A stretch of 64,000 bases of DNA from Isurus oxyrinchus. Lineage: Eukaryota. Location of the stretch: assembly GCA_026770705.1 (NCBI GenBank), contig JANJGN010000005.1, positions 187,488,001 through 187,552,000 on the forward strand, given 5' to 3'. Shown here one piece after another: positions 1 to 13,624 of this stretch. The notes under the pieces were generated by a model. It saw only the letters and a list, made by a program, of their open reading frames with translations. It was not told the DNA's origin and searched no databases. Both the position numbers and the translations under genes were made by a program. How positions within the stretch are numbered: the stretch's first letter is position 1; every line of letters begins with the position of its first letter.

Positions 1-475
1 TAGTTAAAAGATACCAAGGCCCTTCACTGGAGCATTATGAAACAAAATTTAATGCTGAGACGCTTAAGGGGATATTGGGGATGAGGTGATTTTAAGGAGC
101 ATCTTAAAGTAGGGGGGAGAGGTGGAGAGGTTTAGGAAGTAAATTCAAGATCTAATGAAGCGGAAAGCATCACTGGAAATGGTGCAACAATGAGAATTGG
201 GGGATTTGCAAAAGGCCAAAATTGGAGGAGTGCACAGACCTCAGAGGCTGGTAGGGCTGGACGAGGTTACAGATTACAGAAGGAGCAATGGATTTGAACA
301 CAAGAAGGAGAATTTTAAAATCAAGGAGGTGCTGGTCTAGGAGTCGTTATAGGTCAGCAAACAAAGAGGTAATAGGCGAACAGGACTTGGTGTGAGTAAG
401 GACACGGGTAGCTGAGTTTCAGATGAGTTAAAATTCAGGAAAGGCTCAAGGTGAGAGGCTAGCCTGGAGAGAACG
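1..475 (-). mobile_element. L2-type LINE 3' fragment
   Basis: Purine-rich reverse copy (TTTTAAGGAGCATCTTAAAG, GTAGGGCTGGA, GAGAATTTTAAAATCAAG) matching the + strand copy at 41080-41760. Confidence 0.7.
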
Positions 476-2054
476 ATCTTCCAAAGGTTGGCTTCGCTAC
501 GTGCACTTTTCTGGCAGGATCGAGAAAAGGGGGCAGAGAGTCAGTAGTATAGGGACTTTCTCTGCTGGTTGGATTATTTAACCTGTGTAGTGGTGAGAAT
601 TAGGGACCATTCATCTGTTTCCGATACATCTGTTGTGTGTAAGGACAACAGCCTTAAACATTTTATATGATGTAGCCAAACAGGGCAGACTCTCTCACAG
701 AGATAAATGGGAGAGATTTGAGTCTTTTGCACCTTCACTGGCGTGCAGTACATTTTCACAGTTTCACTTTACTCTAAAACACACAAGCGAAGGATGCAAT
801 TTAACAAACAATTCTTCAATGCCTTTGAACGATGTATTTTACAAAGTAAAACATCAAGTGAACATCACAGCAGTCAGAATCTGTTGCCATAATATGTGCG
901 TTGTTAATGGAACAAAACACAACATCGAGATCTTTCAACTCATAGAACAAGCACTACATAAAAGGAGGTGAAGTATTTAACACCACAAGCATTAATGGCA
1001 CTGCATAGGATGGGTTTCTGGTGAAAGAGGTGATCCTTGTAAGACCCTCAGCAAAATACACGCAGTAGCCATTATCGCAATCAGCCACAACGACCAACAC
1101 TGAAGCTATTTCCAAAGTGTCAATGGTGCAAAACACCTGTCAAATCCATCAAACTGCTAGAATCTTTAATCGCAAGACTCAGCGTACATCCACCTAAGGT
1201 TGCGCCAGTATTCAATGGAATTGTTTGAAGGGCGAAAAATAATTGTACAGAATGGTGCTTTTAAGGTACATATTATATAGATATAACCTTTAGTCCCTTG
1301 CAAACACCAATGCCCCCAACTCCATACTACACAGATAGCACAACAAAACTGCAGTCAGTCTCAAGGACAAATGGCCATACACCAGGCTGTATGCAATCCA
1401 AGACATGTTATCATGTGGGCAAACTATTGTCCTAAAATTGTATTCATTGCTTTTCAGAATGTTATCAGCTATATGCCAACTGTTCCGCGTGAAAAATAAA
1501 GCATTCCTGTATTTTGTTGGTAAGAGCCACCTTTGCACCAGAGGTGATTAAAAAAAAAATCATTCTACCGCAGATCACAAACCACCGGTTTTGAATTTAA
1601 AAAAAAAGATGTCAATTGTTTAGCAGTTCTGGCTAAAAAGGAAGATTGCTCTTAGAGCCCTTTGCTTCTCCTCTTCATCCCAACACTGATTTTTACCAAC
1701 ATTTTTATATACGTATATATGATGCAATGGATAAACTGATGATTTGATACTCCCAGACAGATTTGTCAATGGCAAATTCTGCTGTATGTTATTAATAAAA
1801 TTGCTGGATAAGCAAGACACATTTATACAGAAAGTGACACAAATGCTGGGAAAGATTATTTCAGATTATCAATTCGTTGAGATTAATGATGCCAGCCTTA
1901 CCACACGTTGCTGAGCCTATATTCAGCACTTAACCCAATCGCCAGTCTCATGGTTTCCTGCACTGCTGTCGGCAAGGATAGATTGTCTGTGTTCCAGCTT
2001 TTAAAACACCATTCTTAGGTTACAGTTACACTGAAGCTTTTGCATTGATGCAAA

Positions 2055-2428
2055 AAGGACTTGTATTGACATTGCACCTTTCACAACCACAGGGCACCCC
2101 AAAGCACTTTGCAACCAATAAAGTACTTTTAAAGCTTAGTCAATACAGAAAACACACAGCAGCCAATTTGCACACAGCAAGGTCACACGGATCACTGGGA
2201 CCAATTCCTTGCTCCTCTCCAAATAATGCCATTGGATATTTTATGCCCACCTGAGAGGATAGGCAGGGCCTCAGTTTAACATCTCACCTGAAAGGCAGCA
2301 CCTCCAACATTGCAACATTCGTCAAAACTGCACTGGAGTGTCAGTCTAGATTATGTGTTCAAATCTCCAGGGTGGGGACTTGAACCCAAAACTGTCCGAC
2401 TCAGAGGCAAGAGTGCCACCCACTGAGC
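2055..2428 (-). mobile_element. Deu-domain SINE
   Basis: Reverse complement of the 25315 family, including the tRNA head (GGGACTTGAACCC on +). Confidence 0.8.
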
Positions 2429-2904
2429 CACACGCGCACGTAAACATGAAAAGTGGTGCACTGGTTTGATCCCAATCTGGCTCTCAGCTCAATGAAGCCA
2501 AGTGCCCATCTTGTGCCAGCTTGGGATTCACGCCGGCTGCAGTATAACTCAAGTTCAATGCAAAGCTTCATTTTAAGACCTTTCCATGAGGTAACCTGGG
2601 AACATTTTAACACTTTGCACAATATGTTTTCTATTGCTATCAGGGAACAGAGGCTTCTAATCTCACTGTTTCTAATGTTAAATGGGAATCTGTTGGGAAA
2701 TGCAACTCTGCTGAATTGACCAGTTTCACGTTAAATTGGAGGATGCACATCTAGCTGTATAACTCCAGTCTGCAGACACTGGTGTAACGGTCTTACATAT
2801 ACTGTAGCAGGCTAATTTTGTGACTTACTTTTTCACTATTTTCTGTGTTTAGGACTAAAGTAAAGACCTACTCTTTGTACGAAGGCTCTATCACAGTGAA
2901 AGTG

Positions 2905-3040
2905 TATCATAGAATCTTACCGCACAGAAGAAGGCCATTTGGCCCCTTGTTCCTGTGCTGACTCTTTGGAAAAAGCTATCCAATTAGTCCCACTCTCCTG
3001 TTTTTTTTCCCAAAGCCCTGCAAATATTTCCTTTTCCAGT
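2905..3040 (-). mobile_element. CR1 3'-end fragment
   Basis: CATAGAATC..CACAGAAGAAGGCCATTTGGCCC, the reverse of the CR1 tail. Confidence 0.7.
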
Positions 3041-3164
3041 CAAAGTTTTTGATCAAGACCATCTTATTTCTTGGACTATTATCAAACAGTATTTTTCTCT
3101 CTCAGATGTTTGTGCTTGGACATGCAAGTGGAGCAAATTACTTCCATCCGCAAAGTGCAGGTAC

Positions 3165-3650
3165 TGTACTCAGCTCTGGTTTCCATATCATAAAAGGCAT
3201 ATGGAGGCACTGGAGAAGGTGCAAAAATTACTTACAAGGATCATACCAGAACTGAGAGGGTATATTTGTCAGGAAAGACTGAACAGGCTGAGGCTGTTTA
3301 CTCTAGAAAAGAGGAGGCTGAGTGGTGACCATACTAAGGCCTTTAAGATTACAAAAGCATTAGTTTCCACTGTGGGGCAATCCAAAGCAAGGTGCCATGA
3401 ATATTAAGTAGTCACTAATAAATCCAATAAGAAATTCAAGAAAAGCTTCTTTAACAAGAGAGTGGTGAAAATGTGAACTCATGCAAGTAGCATTTAAGAG
3501 GAAAGTGGATAAGCACATGAGAGAAGAAGCAGTGGAAGGATGGGGTGATGGTGTTAGAGGAAGGAGGGTAGGAGGAGGCTCATGTGGAGCACAAACATTA
3601 GCATAGACCAGTAGGGCTGAATGGCCTGTTTCTGGGCTGTAATTTTATTT
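3165..3650 (+). mobile_element. CR1 LINE 3' fragment
   Basis: ALEKVQK..TRIIPELRG..ERLNRLRLFTLEKRRLSGD; 3' end GGGCTGAATGGCCTGTTTCTG. Confidence 0.88.
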
Positions 3651-4579
3651 AATTATATGTCAGCTATGTAGCATTCTGACCTGGATAAATCACTCAATTG
3701 GAACATACTGTTACTTTGTAGGTAAAATTTCAGACAGTGGTCTTTAACCTTCCATTGGTTTATCAGTGGTAAGAATGCTACCTCACCAAGACACAAGTGC
3801 ACATAAATATGGAAATAGAGGTACAGTTTTGATCACAATCTGACTCTAAACTCAGTGAAGCCACGTTCCCATCTCACGCCAGTTTGGGATTCATGCTGGC
3901 TGCAGTATAACTTCAGTCCAACCCGCAACTGAAGTTTAAGACGTTTCCATCATGTGACCGGGGAGCTTTTGATCATCTTGCACATCTTTCCTATGGCTAT
4001 GAGGGAACCGGAGTGTTTTTTTTCCTCACCAGTTTGTTTGTCTCCCCTCTTTTCTCCAGAACACCTGGGGTTTGTGTTGGGGTGTGGTTTGCTCAGAGGC
4101 TGATTCTCCTAAGCCAAGCTGAGTTGGTTAGTTTGTCTGAATTGCAGACACTGGGTTATCCTGTTCAGCAGTGGTACTGGGGTGATCCTAAACCTATCTA
4201 TTAACCACTGTCTGTGCGGGTACTCTTTTCAAACAGGAATTACTGGATGGTGATCTAGAGCAAGAGTCTTGCTCAACTCCTCTTACCCACCCACCCAGCC
4301 CACACCCAAACAACTCAGGGGCATTGAGACCCACTATGAAACCCTCCTACACTGCTGACAGCAGAAATTGTGAATGGACTTGGGATAAACTTGAACCTTC
4401 CTCATCTATATAGATTAGTGTTTGTACAATATTGTGAAGTGCAATCACCCACTGGAGGAACTATCATGTTGTTCTGAACAGCAACAAGTTCAGGATGTAC
4501 AAACTTTACCAAATCAACAAGCTAAAGGGTAGATTGCTTCTCTGCATTTAATATCAGTCATAAAACAAAAGGATGATTT

Positions 4580-4922
4580 TCTTTATTTTTTCATGGGATG
4601 TGGGTGTCACTGGCAAGGCCAGCATTTGTTACCCATCCTTAATCGCACTGAGTGGCTTACTAGGCCATTTCAGAGTCAACCATATTACTGTGGATCTGGG
4701 GTCACATGTAGGCCAGACCAGGTAAGAGTGGCACATTTCCAGATGAGCTTTTACAGCAATTGACAATAGTTGTCATGGTCACCAATACTCAGACTAGCTT
4801 TAGACTCCAGATTTTATCAATTGAATTTAAATTCCACCAGCTGTCATGGTGGGATTTGAACCCATATCCCTCACAACATTAGCCTTGGATTAGTAATCCA
4901 GCAACACTGCCACCATGCCACC
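4580..4922 (-). mobile_element. Second tRNA-SINE family copy
   Basis: Reverse complement of the 13740 family (GGCCAGCATTTG..CCCATCC; GGGATTTGAACCC). Confidence 0.8.
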
Positions 4923-6324
4923 ACACCACCCAAAAAGAAGTCATGACCACAAACACATTTCATTCCAAATCAAAATATAAAAGCACACATACTTTCTCCC
5001 AGAGCTCAGCACATGATTAATCCATGCAGACTGAAGCAGCAGTTAAAAGAACGAGGAGGAATCTATAGAGATAAAAGATTACTCCTTTTGCAAAAAACCC
5101 TGTTTATATTTGTTCAGTGCAAGTGAAACGAGAAAATAAATACGTATTAGCAGCTCATTCTGGCAATACTTAACGTTTCACAAACTGCAGATGTGGAAGT
5201 ACTGTTGTTACTTACACCCCAGGGATCTAAGAGTATTAAAAATTCTGAAGTAAATTGTTAGGCATAGTGTATGACTGTGCTTGACGTATGCCAAGTAATT
5301 CTCGGTATGCGCCAAACTCTTGCACGTGCTATGTCTTGTAAATTACCAGAACAGTTCTGTAATGGGCCTCAGGCACAATGCTTTACTTCCCTACCGGCGC
5401 CTTTCCTGCCTTCAGCACTGAACCATATACAGTTTTTCGAAATAAACACGCTTCCTAACTCTGTCCAAAAGCAAAATCTGGGAAGATTTCTGCCGCTAAG
5501 CTATGTAAAGTAGAATTTTTGAAAATATCGGAATCTGCAGGCTATTTGAATCACATGGCTCATTATATTCAAAGTGAAAAATGTATTGCAATGTAAATAA
5601 TGGATCACAGGGACAGAAGGAGGCCATTCAGCCTCTCAGGCCTGTTCTTCCATTTCGTTATATCATGGCTGATCCATATCTTAACTCCATCTAAGGGCCT
5701 TAGTCTTGTAACCCTTACCTAACAAAAACATATCAATCTCAAGATTTGAATCCTTGGAAATAATCACAACCTGTCACCTCACCAGGTACACTGGTAACAA
5801 AATTGTGAATTAATTTAGAACCAGCACATTTATGAACTGGAAGCGTGTTGTGAACAGAGCAAATCTTTGGCCATTAAGGGCTTCAAACAATGTCAACGCC
5901 CGAAAACTGAACTTACAGTGATCTGTAAGATGGCATCTGGACCCCTAACAATGGTTCCATATCCACTCTCTAGAATGATGCAAAAAAAGGTAGTAGTTGT
6001 CTTACACATTCATGTGTATCTTATGCTTTTGCCTTTATGGCTCTTTCACGTTATGGGTGATGGTGCTGCTGAACAGGGACAAATGGTTAATAATATCATC
6101 AATATTTGTCAGACATGTCAATGAACAAAATAGTTCCACGCCCATTCTGTGCGATGCTGTCACCTTGCTCTGTTTTTGCTATTTCACTTTGGTGCAGAAA
6201 AGTGGCCCTGATGTTTTCATAGAGTTCATTCTTAGCTTTCAGCTTTGCTCCCAACTAAAACCCTGATTACTTTGGCCTGCAGTTGTTCCGCATGGTGAAG
6301 GATGGTAAGTAAAAATAAAGACAC

Positions 6325-6712
6325 ATGAGCTCAGGACATCCCAAAACGTCTTACAGCCAATGAAGTCTGGTCACTGGTTTAACGTACAAAACACAGCAAT
6401 TAGCTAATTTACGCACAGTAAGATCCCACAAACACCCCTGAGATAGTGATGCTCTTTACTGATGTTGGTGGGCAGTTAAATATCAGCCCAAGACACTCTT
6501 CCTCTTCATTTAAATAGTGCTGTGGGATCCTTTAATTCCACCCTCAAAGAGCAGATGACGCATCAGTTTCATGTCTCAGCTGAAAGACGCCTTCATTAGT
6601 GCAGCCCTCCCCCAGTGGAAATTGGGAGTGTCAGCTTAGGTTTAATTCTCAAGTTACTGGAGTGAGACTTGAACCCATCACCTTCTAGCTCAGACAGAGG
6701 ACTGAGTCACGC
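6325..6712 (-). mobile_element. Deu-domain SINE
   Basis: Same family, with GAGACTTGAACCC head on +. Confidence 0.75.
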
Positions 6713-7914
6713 CTGGCAGAAGGTAAAAAGCACAGCGGATCAACATTGGCTAAAGCTCAGTCTAGTAATGGAGAATTTACCTTACGCATAGCATCATCTG
6801 TTAAATCAAAGGTATAAGTATTTGAATTCAACATCATAAATCACAAGTTGAGGAGTAACGCATCTAAAGGTGCATTGGCGATTATTTCTAGTGAGGTAAA
6901 AAGGAAAAAAAAAGCAGCTGGATATGTAAAACTGGATAGTAGTTTATTTTAATTGGAGTTGGATAAATATAAATTGTAGTAAGTCAAATGGGCTGAGAGA
7001 TCAAATAGGGATTGATTGAGAATGCCACTTTACTGAACAGATTTTATCTAAATCACATCCTGTGAGCATCAAACAGCATTTACTGCAGTGTCATTTTCAG
7101 AAGTGTTACAGTTGGACTGTCAGCACCAGCAAAAACAAAGGACAGCAGTATGTTGTAGATCAGTGCAGTGAATAAAAACTTCCCAGCACAAAAACCAGCA
7201 AAAAAGCACCCTCCCTTTAAAAGATTTTTTCTAAAAATAAAAGGGCTTATGCATAAATAGGTTCTTCCTGGTGAGGTGTCAAGGATTGGTTCACATGGGT
7301 ACATATTGCAGCCAAATTCTTGGGCTGTGGAGAGGGTGCAGAAACCACCCCTACTATTGTTGGGGCAGTTTGGAGGGCAGTAGCCTGCTAGACTGCTCAC
7401 ATTATCCTCCTTCTCAGCAAACCACGTTCAGTGGTGCCACTCTCTCTGGAGGTGCACACCTACACAGGCGCCCACACACACAGGTACATGCACATCAGAT
7501 ATACATAAGGGCACACACACAGCGCACACAGACACACGACACTGGTGCACACACAACAGGGCGGTCACTGCTGGAGGCCATGAATACTGGACATCAGACC
7601 AGCAGCGCACATGTACAGACATCATCGTCGCACCACACATAAAGATGATGTCATCACGGGCTTCCCATCCATAAGCCCACAACTAAAAAGGAGCAGCTTG
7701 CAAAACAACGAGAGGAAGGAGCACAGGCCCTTGCCGGTGCTTCACTGAGGCGGAGTGGTCGGTGTGAGCCACAGGGACGAACCTGCTGCGACCGTTTGCA
7801 TTGTTAGTGACTCCAAAATAAAAATACCGGGCAGAAAGGCATCCAGTACCAAACAGCAGAAAGAGCAGCTACAAACCAAACTGTCCAGTATAAAACGTCA
7901 CAGATGGCCACCCT

Positions 7915-8350
7915 AACGCACACATGTGCGCACACACACACACATATACACACAGGTACACACACACAGATACATAGAGACACACGGATACACATACACA
8001 CAGATACACATAAGCACAGATACACATGCACACAGAAACACACAAAGATACACATACAGATACATACACACATACACAGATATACACAACACAGAGATAC
8101 ACAACACATACACGCACACACAGACACAGATACACAGACACACATACATACATAGGTACACAAGGCATAGGCACACAAACATAAGTGCGAAGACACACAC
8201 ATACAGGCAGAGATGTACACACACGGGTACACAGTGACCTGGCCAGACACGCAGCTACATACATACACAAACACACATGGGCATACAACACGGGCACGAA
8301 CAGACACACACACACACAGATATGGATGCGTGCACAGACAAGCACACAGG
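7915..8350. repeat. Degenerate (CA)n-rich microsatellite region
   Basis: CACACAGATACACA-type repeats; source of the HT/CV-rich ORFs. Confidence 0.92.
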
Positions 8351-8469
8351 TTACAGGTACATGGTCCAGCCCCTGTGAAAGTGAAGCTTGCCTTGTTAAC
8401 AGCCTGTAATGATGGAGGTGTGTGTATTTGGAGCTGCCGTCTGGCACAGATTGTTCTAGACCTGGCCTC

Positions 8470-8790
8470 TCCCCGGGAACACTGATCCGGGCACCTTCAA
8501 TCCGCAGCTAATAACCGGACAGGGGAAGCTGCTCCCCATTCCATAAATCAATGTGCAAAATAATTGCTAATACACTGGTTATCGATTAGCGCGCCGCTGC
8601 TCATTTTGTGGCGATAGCTGAGAACTAACAAAGTGACAAGGGTAAAGTGTTATTTCTTTCACAGGCAGACAGCTGGGCTGGAAAAATGACTCCAGCAAGC
8701 AGTAAATTCTTAATTGACACCTGTCAAGATAATGGCAGCAGTCACAGCTGTCGCGGGAAAATTCATCCCTCGCCTTGTCCATCCGTCAAC
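8470..8790. promoter_or_regulatory. Candidate intronic enhancer (CNE-like)
   Basis: Unique sequence with a PBX-HOX site TGATTTATGG (minus, 8541-8550), a palindromic TALE-dimer site TGACAGGTGTCA (minus, 8715-8726) and several TAAT cores. Confidence 0.5.
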
Positions 8791-8887
8791 CTCAACACCC
8801 TGTGCTGCGCACCGCATTCTCTCCTTAGCCGTCCTCCCCAAGCGCCTTCAAAATTGCTGCTCCCGCTTTTGCACCAACCCTGGAATT

Positions 8888-8931
8888 TGTGTGTGTGTGT
8901 GTGTGTGTTTGTGTGTGTGAGAGAGAGAGAG
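8888..8931. repeat. (GT)n(GA)n compound microsatellite
   Basis: Directly visible. Confidence 0.92.
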
Positions 8932-10469
8932 GGAGAGAATTTTTTTGCAATAACTAAATCTCTCTGTCACCGTTGGAGTGGGTGGGGAATTGAGAGGGCG
9001 GTGGGGGGGGGTGGGGGGGGGAGGTGGAGGGGATGAGAGAGAATGAATGGACTGCCAGGTAACAAGGGATGCGAGGCAGGAGAGATGTGTTTCTTTAAGC
9101 GTGCCATTGCACATCTGCTGTTTCACCTTAAAACCTGGCATTTCGATAAAAGCCGGTTACATGCCCAGCATCAGCTGCAGATTTGGGATTGGAGGGAGGT
9201 GGAAAAAATACACACCTGTCACTCATGGATCCCTTCTGCTATAAAAAAAAATCCTTTAAGAGCCATGAATATTTGGTGTTCATGTATAAATTTTTATGGA
9301 AGTGAAGATTTTCTCCTCCCCCTCTCCCCCCCCCCCCCCCCCCCCCCTCCAGTAGAATAATCATTTGAACAAGTGAAACAAAACTGAAAATGATTTTACG
9401 GTGGCCGCATGTCTCTGGAGCTCACTCGCATGCAATGTCTCAATATTAAACCCCGAGTCTTGCCGCGCAATATCCCTACAGGTGACAAGACAGGCTGCCT
9501 GCCACTTGTGTAGTTACATGTCCCTCACATGCACCGAAGACCCACGAGTAACTTGCCTCCTGATCAATTTCTTTTAAGAGGTACGAGTGCGGGGGGTGGT
9601 GGGGGGTGGTGGGGGGTGGTCTGAGTGCTTGCCAGCTAGCCCTCTGTCTCCCAACCCCTCCAAACCAACCATTACAAACAACACAGAAAAATAAGCCCAG
9701 CTCAGTTAAGTGCAAAGGGTTAAAAGGTCGCTGTAGTCCCACTAGCGAGGGTGAGAAGGTGAACGATTATTGAGGCAGCTCAGGCCACCACAAAGCTCAG
9801 GCGCTTTGAAGCTTTTCTTGTTTAACATGGCTTTGACAGCCGGGAAGGGTCACACTGGAAGCTTCATTACCGGGGCCTAAGTTTCTCGTTCCCCGGTGTT
9901 CACTGTACTCCCCTCAGCTCCACACCTCTCTCCTACTCTCCAAATACAGACACCCGAAGCATCAAGACCCCACAACGAGAAAAAAGCAGATTACTCGCAA
10001 AAATCTGGGATGGACCTAAGTTATAGAGTGATGAAATTTGGGATAGACCAAAGTTTCAAACTGATTAAATCTTAGGATAAACTACAGTTATAACTTAATA
10101 ACAACCCTGGAACAGGCCAACATGATAACTGTGCTGGGAATATCCATCATGCCCAGTGATGGACTCAGAATGCATTGTAAGTTGCTCCATAAGAATTTTT
10201 TTTAATGATTTAAACATGGAAAGATTGCTGCCTGCACTCGTGAAAAATAAATAGCTCACTTTCAAAAAACTAGCAACTGGGTTTGTACACAGGGATTCCT
10301 CTTTGCGATACTTTTAAAAAACTGACTGTACATGCCGGCTTTCCAATAACATTCTTATCCATCTCCGTATTCTCAAAACCAGCAGACCCGGTGTATTTGG
10401 CTTTATTTGCGGGGGGATGGATGGGGCGGGAGTATGGGTGGGGCGGGAATGGGGGAGAGGGAGGAAGAA

Positions 10470-10727
10470 AGGGATTTGCATTTCTATAGCACCTTTCACA
10501 ACTTCAGGATATCCCAAAGCACACTACAGCCAACCTTCGAAAAATATGACAGCCAATTTGCACACAGCAAGCTCTCACAAACAGCAAGAAGCAGATAATC
10601 TGATTTTGTTGATGTTGATTGAAGGATAACTATTGGCTAGGGCACTAGGGACAGCTCCCCTTCTCTTCCAAGAGTGCCAATGGATCTTTTGCATCCACTT
10701 GGGAGGGCAGACTTGGTTTAAAGTCAC
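10470..10727 (-). mobile_element. Deu-domain SINE, 3' part
   Basis: TTGCATTTCTATAGCACCTTTCAC..CAGCCAATTTGCACACAGCAAGCTC. Confidence 0.75.
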
Positions 10728-12799
10728 AATTGAAAGAGAGAAACTGTTGGCAAACTTCTGACTGTAATCAAATTGTGGTAATCTTTAAAGGTGCTTCTGA
10801 TCACAGCAATTCAACTAAGGGACTGTTGTCACAAATCACAACTCTGGTCAACTCAAGAGTCAGGAAGGCAAATTTCAATGAAGAGGCTCAGTTTCTTAAC
10901 ACAGGGCACCTCCCTGAATATCACAACTCTTGAGAGATAACTGACATGTGCAATCTTTAATTTGTCCATGTTTTCTAGTGACAACCTTTCCAATTCTATT
11001 CACTTTGACACATATCCATTATGCGACTGCATCATAGCAACTGAAGGAATACCAATACTTAGTAATTGTCCAAGAATTCTAGATACATTAACACCTCTCA
11101 GAACAGAAAATCATTTGATCAAATGGAAAATGTGCCTTTTAATATTTTTGCAGCTTCCTAAAGAAAAAGTCAAGCATATTTTTATGAAGCAATAAACATG
11201 ATAAATGAGCTTGGCTAATGTCACTGCTTACATCTGTGCAAAAAGGACCAACCTGGTTCTCCATCCTCTCCCGCTTAAATTAATCTGTTGGCACAACTCA
11301 CTACAGTTACTGTGGTCTACGCAAAGAACATTTTACTTAAATTTCTGAAAATTCAAACAAAAGACAACTGCCTTCCACCAAGAATATTGACTTAATTGGA
11401 GACAAGAGGTTTAGTCTAAAGGCTTTACTGCTGCTGTATTTTGGTTAACCCATCAAAAGCCTTTCTTGCATAACATCAGAGGGCAACATTCTCAGACTTT
11501 GTTTAACGCTTAAATTCTAAATGACCTCTACATATCTCAACTGATCATTATCAACTTCGAATTTGATGGCCAATGGCAAATGCAACATTATTGAGTGCCC
11601 CCCTACACCAAACAAATAGATAGGCAATAGAAAGGATATCCAGCAATCAAGACACAGCGCCCAAGAGTATAGCAGGGAATTTACACCACAGGCCCTTTGG
11701 CCCAATTAGTCCACGCTGATGTTTATGATCCACACGAGTCTCCTCCCACCATACTTCTCTCACCCTATCAGCGTATCATTTTACTTCTTTCAACACCATG
11801 TGCTTATCTAACTTCCCTTTAAATGTATCTACGCTATTCACCTCAAGCGACGAGTTTTGCACTCTAACCATTCTCTGGGTAAGGACGTTTCTCCTGGGAG
11901 GAGTGGTCACATGTGAAAGGAAATTGGGATTTCATAGAGCTTTGCATATTTCTTTTAATTCAGGTTCTGAATGCGCGACAGGATCTTTCCACCACAAAAC
12001 AGTCAAGGCAGTAAACTTTAAAGTTGCTGAGGGAGAGAAGGAGGGAAAAGGAGAAAGGATGGTGGAAGTACGATGAAGGAAGAGAGACCACCCAAAAGAG
12101 TCAGGCCAGGACTATGGAGACAGTGACCCCAAAAGGGAGCCAGAATCAATTTTTTTTTAAAACACATCAAATCAGGGAATCAGCTTCTTGGGACCTTGTT
12201 GAGAGACTGAGGTTCTGTAAGAAGATTGGGTAGGAAAGAAAGCTTATGCAATATAAACACAGTTGAAGTGTAGGAAAATGCAGCAGACAAATTGTGCGCA
12301 GCCAGCTCCCACAAATGGTAATGAGTTAATGACCAGATAATAGGTTTCTAGTGATGGTGTTTGAGAGGTAAATATGGACCAGAACTCTGAAGGAAACATC
12401 TCTGTTCCCAGGCATCCCATTTGAAGGCTCAGCTCTCAACCACAAAGCCATGACTTTAAGTTCTAAGTTAACTACTAAATGAACGGGCCTCTTTAAGTTG
12501 TCAAGTTTTCGACTGAGAACTGTGCAAATGTGAGATGCTCATACTTAAGAGATGAGGACTTGTCTACAGCTGGGTAACATAGATGGAGAACACCACAACT
12601 TCCATTCTCCTAGCTGAAGAAGGAGGTACAGTGACAAGGGATCAGCAAAGCAGAAAATGGGAAACAAAAATGCAAATAATAAATCTGGCGATTAGACCCT
12701 AAAATAACACACAAGTCACCAGGAGAAAAAACCCACTTGGACTAAGACTGTATGGATTTTCAAAGAACAGGTGGTAACAGTGAGCACAGTTAGTAAAAG

Positions 12800-12970
12800 A
12801 AAGAACCTGCATTTATACAGCTCCTTTCCTAACCTCGGGACACCCCAAAGCACCTTACAACAAATGAAGTATTTCTGAAGTGTCGACACTGTTGGAATGT
12901 AGGAAATGCGGCACCAATTAACACACAGCAAGCTCCCACAAACAATAATGTGATAACAATCAGATAATAT
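12800..12970 (-). mobile_element. Deu-domain SINE 3' fragment
   Basis: CCTGCATTTATACAGC..CCCAAAGCAC..ACACAGCAAGCTCCCACAAAC. Confidence 0.72.
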
Positions 12971-13624
12971 GTAGGGGTAAGTATTGTAGACATGAGTTAT
13001 GCCAGTTACTTAATACAGTCTGTGTTTTACTTTTACAGAAAGGTACAAAAATGCGATATCTGTCAATAAGAAAAGCTTCAATTTGTAGAAACAGAGTTTA
13101 CTTGATGCAACTCAATGTGACTACCGATCCATAACTGAAGATTTAATCATTGAAGTAGGTGGCATGTTACCAGATTGGAGGGGCAGAAAATCTTCTTGGC
13201 TCAGGGAGGGGAGGAGACCAGTAATCAGTTTTGTTAAAATACACCTGAAGTTCAGAACGCTGGAGCATTTTTTGCCTGCTGTCTTCAAATTGAGAACATC
13301 GCAATATGCTGCTACTGTTAAAGTGGGATCAATTTACCTCTGCGCAGTACTCAATATTCCAAGCCTTTTACAAATATAAGAGAGTTGATTTATTCCTGAT
13401 CTAAAAGATTTTTCACATGCATCGAGCTTGCTACTGGAAAAATATGATCACGTTTAACTGAGATTTTCAGATGGGCCAGGAAGATGCAAGAGTCTCCTCT
13501 GGGATACCTGATACATTCAGATAGATAGATTATAGTGCCGACATTCTGAAGTGCAACTGGTGAGTTATTCCACAATTTCAGCAATTTGGAATTTCCAGAA
13601 TTGTGGCTTAAGCTGATACGTAGC

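Noticed and set aside
7804-8485. Cys/Val- and His/Thr-rich ORFs
   Set aside because: Translations of a (CA)n-rich microsatellite.
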